Assembly (NCBI RefSeq): GCF_964355755.1
Contig: NC_092675.1
Coordinates: forward strand, 179,612 to 243,611
Direction: 5' to 3'
DNA from: Antedon mediterranea
Lineage: Eukaryota > Animalia > Echinodermata
Length of the DNA stretch: 64,000 bases
Shown: positions 53,280 through 64,000 of the stretch, piece after piece
Numbering within the stretch: the stretch's first letter is position 1
Layout of the letters: every line of letters begins with the position of its first letter
Made by a program: the position numbers and the translations under genes
The notes under the pieces: model-generated
The model's database searches: none
The model's input: only the letters and a program-made list of their open reading frames with translations
What the model was told of the DNA's origin: nothing

Positions 53280-56200
53280 TTAAACGTTTGCGTACAGCGC
53301 TTCTTCTTGTGGAACATTGTCGTACACTTCAAAGGCAAGTAAGTGCTCAAGTATTGTTTTGTAAATAAACTCATATTGTGACTATACAATAAAGAAACAG
53401 ATAAATAATTTAGCACAAATAACAATTGTCTAAAAAACAAATGTATGGAACTGAGGATTAGGCCCTCTACATGCCCACTAGCCTCAGAGTAGGATCACGA
53501 CTGGGTGTGCTTACTTGTTTTTTGTATAAGGAAAACCAAATTAAAAAACAGGTGAAAGAGTTTTCTTGCTATCGAAGAAATGACAATTTGATTAAAATTC
53601 TTAAACAGGTAAAAACTTGATTTCATGCAATATCATGATTATTTTTTAATGCATCAATCATGTCAATAGCAAATAAGAAAATAGAAGAACTTACCAATGT
53701 CTGTACCATCCCTAATCTGTTGTTTCTCAACAACTTAACGCTCTGCAATATATCAACTGTCTGCTCCTCAAGTAATCTACGAAGACTGGACATAGTTGCG
53801 CAGAACACTCCAGTACGCCCCAAACCATCTCTGATTAAGTGAAATTGAATAAAAATAAGAATAAAGAACATAACAATTTTAATAAGAGTGGACTTTAATT
53901 CTTAAAATCGTATGTGTGAGCACAAAAAACAAAATCAAGATCCAAGTATTCTGTCATTAAACATCTTGGTGTGTGACTGCACATCAACAAAGATTACAGT
54001 GGTAGTAACTGCATACTCTTCGTGTCTCTAGAATTGGAAGTACCAATTAATGGTCGTTTCATTCATTTACTCTTTAATTATAGAGGAAGTCTTTAATTAG
54101 AGGTACAGACAACGCTAAAAAACTAACACTCTTGAGCTGGCACACAAAAATATAAATGAAAAAGAAAATTTTCTTTCATAGTTTCTTTTTTCTTTTTATA
54201 TTATATACTGTCATCTCATTATTGGAGGTTGTTTAAAGAATAGTATGGTTTTAATTGGATTCCTTCATGTTCCCACACTCTTTACTTTACTTACAAGCAC
54301 ATAACCATAGTAGGGTCTTCTATTTCACACTCTTTACTTACAAGCACATTACAACCACAGTAGGGTCTTCTATTTCACACTCTTTACTTACAAGCACATA
54401 ACAACCACAGTAGGGTCTTCTATTTCACACTCTTTACTTACAAGCACATAACAACCACAGTAGGGTCTTCTATTTCACACTCTTTACTTACAAGCACATA
54501 ACAACCATAGTAGGGTCTTCTATTTCACACTCTTTACTTACAAGCACATAGCAACCATAGTAGGGTCTTCTATTTCACACTCTTTACTTACAAGCACATA
54601 ATAACCACAGTAGGGTCTTCTATTTCACACTCTTTACTTACAAGCACATTACAACCACAGTAGGGTCTTCTATTTCACACTCTTTACTTACAAGCACATT
54701 ACAACCACAGTAGGGTCTTCTATTTCACACTCTTTACTTACAAGCACATAACAACCATAGTAGGGTCTTCTATTTCACACTCTTTACTTACAAGCACATA
54801 ACAACCATAGTAGGGTCTTCTATTCCACACTCTTTACTTACAATCACATAACAACCATAGTAGGGTCTTCTATTTCACACTCTTTACTTACAATCACATA
54901 ACAACCATAGTAGGGTCTTCTATTTCACACTCTTTACTTACAAGCACATAACAACCATAGTAGGGTCTTCTATTTCACACTCTTTACTTACAAGCACATA
55001 ACAACCACAGTAGGGTCTTCTATTTCACACTCTTTACTTACAAGCACATAACAACCATAGTAGGGTCTTCTATTTCACACTCTTTACTTACAAGCACATA
55101 ACAACCATAGTAGGGTCTTCTATTTCACACTCTTTACTTACAAGCACATTACAACCACAGTAGGGTCTTCTATTTCACACTCTTTACTTACAAGCACATA
55201 ACAACCATAGTAGGGTCTTCTATTTCACACTCTTTACTTACAAGCACATAACAACCATAGTAGGGTCTTCTATTTCACACTCTTTACTTACAAGCACATT
55301 ACAACCACAGTAGGGTCTTCTATTTCACACTCTTTACTTACAAGCACATAACAACCATAGTAGGGTCTTCTATTTCACACTCTTTACTTACAATCACATA
55401 ACAACCATAGTAGGGTCTTCTATTTCACACTCTTTACTTACAAGCACATAACAACCATAGTAGGGTCTTCTATTTCACACTCTTTACTTACAAGCACATT
55501 ACAACCATAGTAGGGTCTTCTATTTCACACTCTTTACTTACAAGCACATAACAACCATAGTAGGGTCTTCTATTTCACACTCTTTACTTACAAGCACATA
55601 ACAACCATAGTAGGGTCTTCTATTTCACACTCTTTACTTACAAGCACATTACAACCATAGTAGGGTCTTCTATTTCACACTCTTTACTTACAAGCACATT
55701 ACAACCATAGTAGGGTCTTCTATTTCACACTCTTTACTTACAAGCACATAACAACCATAGTAGGGTCTTCTATTTCACACTCTTTACTTACAAGCACATA
55801 CCAACCATAGTAGGGTCTTCTATTTCACACTCTTTACTTACAAGCACATACCAACCACAGTAGGGTCTTCTATTTCACACTCTTTACTTACAAGCACATA
55901 ACAACCATAGTAGGGTCTTCTATTTCACACTCTTTACTTACAAGCACATACCAACCACAGTAGGGTCTTCTATTTCACACTCTTTACTTACAAGCACATA
56001 ACAACCATAGTAGGGTCTTCTATTTCACACTCTTTACTTACAAGCACATAACAACCATAGTAGGGTCTTCTATTTCACACTCTTTACTTACAAGCACATT
56101 ACAACCATAGTAGGGTCTTCTATTTCACACTCTTTACTTACAAGCACATAACAACCATAGTAGGGTCTTCTATTTCACACTCTTTACTTACAAGCACATT

Positions 56201-59200
56201 ACAACCATAGTAGGGTCTTCTATTTCACACTCTTTACTTACAAGCACATAACAACCATAGTAGGGTCTTCTATTTCACACTCTTTACTTACAAGCACATT
56301 ACAACCATAGTAGGGTCTTCTATTTCACACTCTTTACTTACAAGCACATACCAACCACAGTAGGGTCTTCTATTTCACACTCTTTACTTACAAGCACATA
56401 ACAACCATAGTAGGGTCTTCTATTTCACACTCTTTACTTACAAGCACATTACAACCATAGTAGGGTCTTCTATTTCACACTCTTTACTTACAAGCACATA
56501 CCAACCACAGTAGGGTCTTCTATTTCACACTCTTTACTTACAATCACATAACAACCATAGTAGGGTCTTCTATTTCACACTCTTTACTTACAAGCACATA
56601 ACAACCATAGTAGGGTCTTCTATTTCACACTCTTTACTTACAAGCACATTACAACCACAGTAGGGTCTTCTATTTCACACTCTTTACTTACAAGCACATT
56701 ACAACCACAGTAGGGTCTTCTATTCCACACTCTTTACTTACAAGCACATTACAACCATAGTAGGGTCTTCTATTCCACACTCTTTACTTACAAGCACATT
56801 ACAACCATAGTAGGGTCTTCTATTCCACACTCTTTACTTACAAGCACATTACAACCATAGTAGGGTCTTCTATTCCACACTCTTTACTTACAAGCACATT
56901 ACAACCATAGTAGGGTCTTCTATTTCTGATTGCCAATTGTTAACTACAGTAACAAGCTGTAGAAAATCTGCTGTTGATTTTGGTGTGAAGCTGTTGGCTG
57001 GCCAGCCAAGAAACTCGAAGATCTTCACTTCCAAGGACTTTTTCTTTTTTGCAAACACAAAATAAAATTAGTGAAGAAAAAAAAAGGATTTTTAACATTT
57101 ACTACAGGTTTAGTGATCTAATATGAATTAAATGAACAATATGAATACTAATAATAAACAATGTTTTGAATGAAGAAAGATGAAGAAGGTTTTCTACAAT
57201 AGAACAAGCAATGTGAAAAATAAAACAAAAAGGAACGTTACATTTCTATCATACTAGAGAAATATTTTAGGTTGCCAAGAAAATAATTGGAGATAAAATA
57301 AAACAGCACATTTTTTTATAAAGAAAATTGTCTCATAAATTGTAAGCATTATTGCTTTTTTTCATTGTTCTTTTCCATACAGTGCAAACAACAAGTTGTG
57401 CTCATCAATGTTTTTTTCTAAAATTCTCATTATAAAATACACACTGTAAGACTGTAGTTGATGGATTGGAAAAAGCATAGGCAGCTGTTTTACACAGACA
57501 ATGATCAGTAAAAATAGTCTACTATGAGATCTAGCCTTAAAATAAAATTGTTAATAGATATTATTTAACAAATTAGCACTCATTTTGGCTTAGCTTAATT
57601 TTGAAAAACACTTTTCTTGGCAACTTTGTAAAACATTTTCTAAACATGCAGAATAAATGATAAATAAACCAACCACCAGAAATAAAGAAAGAAAACACTA
57701 AGGAGGGAAGGAATATGCAGCCATCAAGCTAGACGCTCAGCTTAAGCCACAAGGAAACACAAAAGCTGAAACAAAAACACAAACATATCAATATAAATAA
57801 TTTCAATATTAGGCCTATACATCAATTTTATTTTGCAAATTTTGAATAAAATGTTGTTTGTTAATGTGAAAGATTTACACACTTTCTTGTCACTCACAGT
57901 AAAAATATTGATACAAATGTTGATAAAAATGTTGATATAAATGTTGATACAATATAGATAAAAATGTTGATAAAAATGTTGATAAAAATGTTGATATAAA
58001 TGTTGATATAAATGTTGATATAAATATGAATATAAATGTTGGTATAAATATGAATATAAATGTTGATATAAATATGTATATAAATGTTGATATAAATATG
58101 GATATAAATGTTGATATAAATATGGATATAAATGTTGATATAAATATGGATATAAACGTTGATATAAATATGGATATAAACGTTGATATAAATATTGATA
58201 TAAATGTTGATATTAATGTTGATATTAATGTTGATATAAATGTTGCTATAAATGTTTCTATAAATGTTTCTATAAATGTTGCTATAAATGTTGCTATAAA
58301 TGTTGCTATAAATGTTGCTATAAATGTTGATATAAATGTTGATATAAATATGGATATAAATGTTTTAATTTTAATATTTCTATGATGCAAATTTATCTAG
58401 GCTATTTTCAAAGAACGCTTTTAAATTTATTTTGAAATATTTTTAATAAAGAATCATTTCTAAATTAAATAACCTGCTTTTTGAAAATGTCTGTGTTTCC
58501 GCAGCTAAAACAAAAATTTCCGAACAATCGCAATTACGCAACAATATGTCCTTCAGGCGGAATCAGTAAAACCTTGTTTCCACGGGCAGTTTATCGATTA
58601 ATTATTGGTTAATTCTTGGCTGCGGAAATACGTAATAGTCGTATCTGTATGTATGTTGGTATACAGGTCTGATTGAATGAATGATGGATAGTCATATCTG
58701 TATATATGTTGGTATACAGGTCTGATTGAATGAATGATGGATAGTCATATCTGTATATATGTTGGTAGATATTAATAACGTTATATGCTTCTATATTTTT
58801 CACAACCAAGATTTATACTTATACGGCAACAATAAAGCATCACAAATGATAAAATACTAAAAATAAACATCATATAAATAAAACATCAGAAATATAGTGC
58901 TTAACAAATGCTTAATTTGAGATGCAAGAATGTTAAATGCCACATATCCCACAATTTACAAATGCATACAGCAAAAATAAAATAAAAATACATTAAAACA
59001 TAGGCATACATTTTACATTTAATTTTTTTTAATACTATTTTTTGTTTTTGCATGTAAACAACACGGTAATTGCTATAGCTTACCTTAAAATAAATAACAA
59101 ATGTATACAAATAAATTAGAAATACAAATTTGAAGATTTGAAGATTTTGCAGAATGAACAAGATAATGAAAGCATACCTCATCATTCTTGGTAATATCAA

Positions 59201-62165
59201 ATGAGTGAATGTTAATATGTCTTGATAATTTTTCACTTGTTAATGAAGATACTGTCAGGTACTTGAAACTGAATTGCAGATTCAAATCTGGCCAGAACTC
59301 TGCTACAGTCTAAAGAAATACAATAACACAAATTAGTTAGTTACAATACTTATATACAATATTATAATAACAATAAGAATACTTAAATGAATGGAGGGGA
59401 TAAAGAGAGAAATGATAAATAACCACAACATTGTGAAAGGCTAAACTACAACATAAGCCTTAGGCACAGGTTAGTATAGTGAATGATCTTAGATACTACA
59501 TACCCTATCTCGGTTCACCATGTCAGTGAGAACGACAATAGCCCGCGAGTTGTAGTCAACCACCATTCTCCAAAAGTCTTCAATAGTGTTCTCCAGCGGA
59601 GTTTGAGTACCAATAAACATGTCCTTTTTATCAAAGCTCTAAAAATAAAAAAGACCGTAAGATCCACCATTCTTACCTTTCAACCTTGCATTCTAACATT
59701 GTTAATGTTATATTATGATGTAGATATAGATGTAGATATAATTTTACTTTGTTACAGAGGGTTCTGGATATCTGGGCCCTGGATATATCAGCTACAGAAC
59801 AGCTGGGATATTCAGCTTGTGGATTTATAAGCTACAAAGTAGCTTGGATATATTACCCCTGGATATTTTACTTACATCAAAGAAGGAAGCATTTATGTAA
59901 TCTGATGGTCCATCTTCACCTGGAGTCATAATGAATGGTCGATTACGGTCAACTACACAAGACAAATTATCCATAATTAAAGTGATTAAATGTCTGACAT
60001 GGTAAGGCATAAATGTACATATATAATAACCATCCTATATATTTTCACTTTTACAGACAGCTATATTTTTCTTTCAAGGGATGTTCTTGTGAAAGCTTAC
60101 ACCAAGTACTGTATATGGTATATTTCTTTAAACATGAATGTGCATCAAAAATTCTTAAGGTTAATATTTAAACATTTGGACATAAGTATCATTGACCCCA
60201 TTTACACTTACAATTTGGGCTATCACAGGACAGGGCCTGGGTTGGCAATCGATAAGTGTAAATATTCCATAAAGATAGCTGGCCCTGGACTCGAAAACCT
60301 AAACCACCTCTCGGGTCCAGTAGCGGCTTTTATGCTTGGGCCGGCTTATGCAGTGAACCGTGACCAATAAATGGATTGAGAAAATGAAGTAAATGAATCC
60401 CCAGGACCGTCATTTGGAATGCTGGATCAGGCTCCATAAATTAAATTTTGACCCAGTTCTGGAGCAGCCCAGTACCCAATTGTAAGTGTAAATGGGGTCT
60501 TATATTGTAAACAGTTGCCAATTAAATGAGGAAACCCCGGTAAAATACTATGAAATAATGTATCCTAGGAAACAATTGCTCAACTTCCTGACAAAAAAAT
60601 TATGAAAATGAAAGTTAGACTTAACTTACAAGGCACCAAATCAGGATATCTGTTTTTGTCTCTGTTTTCAGGTCGGAATCCTCCAGTAATTTTATGACCA
60701 CCAAGAATTGATGATAAACCTTGAAGTGCCTGATAAACAAATAAAATAATTTGGTTTAATATCAAGTTGTATTGCAATTAGCATACAAGTAAAGGGTATA
60801 CCTTCTATCTATTTAAAAGATGTACACGGGTTTTTTTTTATAGTGAAGAAGAGTAAATTTGATGGTGCATAAGAATTATATCAGAGTTCACACAGAGGCA
60901 TAAGGGGGGCAACTGATCACATGATCACATACATCAGTTGTAAACTCAGATATGATTCAGATTAGCTTAACCCTGTTCCATGTACTCTAGTGTGTGTGAA
61001 TATTTACAGTATTATGTTCTTATCAATGTGCAATATGCTCATATTCAAGTTGATTCTTTTAAATTGTTTGTCGAGACAAGGAGTTATTCTAGATACCTTC
61101 ATGGTTAAGGTTTTGGTTTTTTATATGTACCTTACATCCATAATCATTTTTAAAAATAAACTTACTTCAAACTCATCTGCGATATAAGACTTTTTAGACT
61201 TGGGGTTGATAGCCCTGAGTTTTTGGTAATGTTCCTTGAAGTCTGATGCAGCACGTGATGTGTCTCCAAAGAGGACGAACTCTAGAATAGTTTTATATAC
61301 AAACAAGTACTGCAACTACAAAAAAAACAAAACATTTTGAACATTTTTTTTTTTCAGGATACTAAAAGCTGGTTTTATCTTGTGTAAAGTAATTTTCTGA
61401 TTTATCAATCATATAAATATATAGCTTAAAAGTAAATATCATCATCTTAAACGCTAATCGTCATTAGACATTGCACGTCTCACTTGTGTCCGCCACTCTG
61501 TATGTTTTTAAGCAGGCATGTGTATAGGTCCACATGTAAAATGTTCTGTTTCCTTTTTTTATGTTTGCCATACATTTTTTTTCGGTCTTCCTTTTGGTCT
61601 TTTAGTCCAAAAGTAAAACTAGTGATGAACAATATATCAAAATTAAGTTAACAATGTACATCTAGTTAATATAGTAGTTACCGGTGTTTGGACCATGTTT
61701 GGCCTACGTTCACGCATATCTTTCACAAATTCTAGAATGTTAATCTCTCCAGTTTCAGTTGCCATTTTCATCATCGCGTCAATTGCTATTATCGCTCCTG
61801 TTCTACCAGCACCAGCACTACAAGAAATAATTTACATTACATTATATACATTGATGTGATGAAGTATAACCTCATGCTTGAATGGACCATATATTACATT
61901 TATACTTTATTTACTTACATTTTATCAACCTTATCAACGTCATGCATAATTATTATATTATATTCTTCTCTTATATTAAAAACTTTAAACCAATCTATTA
62001 CTTATTGTTCCATTACCTGCAATGTACTAAGATTGGTCCAGCATTTGATGGTGTTTCGTTGTTTATAACATTTAACATATTGATGACTGGCGATGATGAT
62101 CGAGGTATGTTCTTATCTGGCCATATGAAAAAGTGGTATTGCTTTACATATCTTACTTCTGTACC
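53280..62165 (-). CDS. Tandem-domain (D1-D2), probably receptor-type, protein tyrosine phosphatase; 3' ten exons, 5' part outside the window
   Basis: Exons 62017-62165, 61682-61817, 61166-61315, 60630-60729, 59876-59952, 59504-59638, 59178-59309, 56892-57043, 53695-53830, 53280-53381; phase-consistent. D1: [22 protein letters not shown] (catalytically intact). D2: [48 protein letters not shown]. Ends [14 protein letters not shown]. Confidence 0.9.
54285..56925. repeat. 60-bp minisatellite, ~44 copies, built from the PTP exon end plus its splice donor
   Basis: Unit TAGGGTCTTCTATTTCACACTCTTTACTTACAAGCACAT.ACAACCA.AG stays in register with the 60-base lines. The last unit merges into exon 56892-57043. 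Confidence 0.97.
57905..58365. repeat. Degenerate 12-bp AT-rich tandem repeat
   Basis: GATATAAATGTT / GATATAAATATG / GCTATAAATGTT units. Confidence 0.9.
58645..58766. repeat. Two-copy 52-bp tandem duplication
   Basis: TATGTTGGTATACAGGTCTGATTGAATGAATGATGGATAGTCATATCTGTATA twice. Confidence 0.8.
60194..60499. mobile_element. MITE with ~22-bp terminal inverted repeats in a PTP intron
   Basis: GACCCCATTTACACTTACAATT ... AATTGTAAGTGTAAATGGGGTC around a GC-richer interior. The superfamily is uncertain, possibly Harbinger. Confidence 0.7.
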
Positions 62166-62329
62166 CTAAAAAATGAGGAAATGAATAACCTAGTAAAAAA
62201 ATTAGATAATACCACTACCACTTTTTAACCAGTTTTCACATGCACTTGTACAAATTGAATTTAATTCAGCTTGTATAATTCAAGTCAGGTGTGATCCTAA
62301 AACACAAATCAACCTGTGACTACTATTTA

Positions 62330-63850
62330 CAGCAATGTTAGAATTTGATTTACACAAATTACAAACTTATATTTTTATGTATCGTCTAAAAAATCACTCC
62401 TTACCAAATCATATTATTTCTTTATTACCTAAACAACAGCCTGATACTCACAATAATAATAATAACAGGATTTTTATAGCGCACATACCACTCAAGAGTG
62501 CTCAAGGCGCATTCAAAAAAGCAAAACAAATCATACAAATGCCCGACAAATAAAATGCAATTTCTTTGGAGGGTCCCCATCCGTTCTCGTTCTGTCGCGG
62601 TCCCGGACCCCTACCTAGGTGACCAAACAAAGGAACAGGATACACATTTGCCTTGCCACAGACGACCGGGTGCTCAGAGACAACAACCAAGACAGAGGCA
62701 CCCCAAAGATAATGCTGGTCAGGAAAAAGTATACTATACAATTCAAGAACTTTAAGAAACCTCATGATTTCCATATGCCTTAATGAATAAATGTGTTTTT
62801 AATAATTTTTTAAAAGTATCAACAGTTTTGCAAAATCTGATAGAGCTCGGTAGAGCATTCCATAGACGAGGAGCAGTAACGGTGAAAGCTCTGTCTCCCC
62901 ATGAGTGGTGAGACTTAGGTTGATGTAGAAGCAGCGTATCACTAGAACGCAGATTCCGTCTGGGAACATACAGCCTAAGCATGTCAGAAATATATTCAGG
63001 AGCCATGCCATTAATAGACTTAAAAACAAAGAGTAATATTTTAAAAACAATGCGGTACCTAACAGGAAGCCAATGCAAAGTTTCCAAGGTATTTGATATG
63101 TGTGCATATCTTGGTAGTTTTTTAACAACTCGTGCCGCTGTATTTTGAATCAGCTGAAGCCTGTGGAGTTGTTTTTGTGGTAGCCCATATAGCAATGAGT
63201 TTCCCATATCCAGTCGTGAAGTGACAAAAGCATGAACAAGTTGTTTAGCTGCTGCCTCATTAATAAACTTTCGAATCCTTCGGATGTTTCGTAAGTGAAA
63301 AGACAACGTAGAAATAGTTTTTGAGATATGAGAAATCATAGTCATACCCGCATCCATTTCAACCCCTAGATTTCTAACCTGCCTAGCCGGGTCTATTTGG
63401 GTTTCACCAATGTAAATAAAACTTGGTGGCAGTTTTTCCAACTGCAGCTTTGATCCAAAGAGAATATATTCTGTTTTTTCATCATTTAAGAAAGTTGTTT
63501 TTCATCCAGACATGCAATTCATGGATACAATGTTGGAGCAATTCCAAAGAAATGTCAATGTGTGTCATTGTAGGTTTAAAAGAAATATAAATCTGAGTAT
63601 CATCAGCGTAAACATGATAGTACAGATCATATTTACTAATGATATCCCGTATTGGGTGTAAATAAATTGTGAACCATTGCGGCCCAATTACAATACAAGA
63701 TTTGCTTAAACAAATATTTTATCTGAAAAGCATACATTTCATTTAAGAAGAAAATCGATTTTTTATAATGGTCCAAAACTATGGAATTTATTAAGTATTT
63801 CATTAAAATCTCTTCCTAATCTACCTTTGTTCAAATCTAACCTAAAAAAG
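62330..63850 (+). mobile_element. Older + strand LINE (CR1/L2-like) remnant split by the L2 insertion
   Basis: Left part: LHKLQTYIFMYRLKNHSLP...DTHN. Right part resumes YNTR...YNGPKLWNLL...LFKSNLK, a typical RT C-terminal signature. Confidence 0.6.
62455..63684 (-). mobile_element. 5'-truncated L2-like LINE fragment (RT C-terminal half)
   Basis: YHVYADDTQIY at ~63590-63622. ORF 62752-63441 has VRNLGV, LVHAFVTSRLD, LQLIQNTAARVV, LHWLPVRYRI and APRLWNALP. An (AAT)n tail lies at ~62452-62465. Confidence 0.9.
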
Positions 63851-64000
63851 TCTTTGGTCGCAGCATATGGCAGCTAAATCTCCCGTTCTTGTTCTTCTTG
63901 TTTCCTTTCTTCTTCGCTTAATTGAATTGAATACCTTATAATATTGTTGATCTTGTAATTGTACTATTGTCTTAGCAATTTAAGCTTCTGTATTTTTATT

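Noticed and set aside
54285-56925. CRISPR array, or an array of alternative cassette exons
   Set aside because: No unique spacers, no cas genes, and eukaryotic context. Units lack a pyrimidine tract, the gaps are too short for introns, and read-through meets TAA.
57890-58390. Hydrophobic FIST/DINV repeat ORFs
   Set aside because: A 12-bp low-complexity repeat, open on both strands, inside a PTP intron.
53280-62165. A specific gene symbol (PTPRA/E/K/M/T) for the phosphatase
   Set aside because: The ectodomain lies outside the window and invertebrate RPTPs are often lineage-expanded, so orthology cannot be judged by eye.

Overview
AT-rich, intron-containing animal genomic DNA, probably from a marine invertebrate (echinoderm-like is my impression only). 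I built five spliced gene models by hand from splice sites and reading phase. (1) SPATA6 on the - strand: 11 coding exons, 2391-8664, about 495 aa. (2) Tubulin polyglutamylase TTLL7 on the + strand: 17 coding exons, 15681-36392, about 876 aa, with one predicted GC-AG intron. It lies head-to-head with SPATA6, and a decayed 3.4-kb LINE sits between their promoters. (3, 4) Two tandem paralogous genes on the - strand (40873-43318 and 45324-48254) encoding a family I cannot assign: signal peptide, basic cleavage site, 22-Cys ectodomain, one TM helix with a Cys cluster, and a divergent tail. This is the best candidate for an undescribed system. (5) The 3' half of a tandem-domain (D1-D2) receptor-type tyrosine phosphatase on the - strand (53280-62165, continuing beyond the window). 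Introns and spacers carry LINE fragments (one nested), a SINE, Harbinger-, pogo- and Helentron-like non-autonomous elements, and many minisatellites. Two minisatellites are built from real exon/intron junctions (5 copies of a SPATA6 acceptor, about 44 copies of a PTP donor), and a LINE target-site duplication copies a TTLL7 donor. Most ORFs in the supplied track are repeat artefacts or single exons. All gene models are manual, with no database or RNA support, and coordinates could be off by a few bases.
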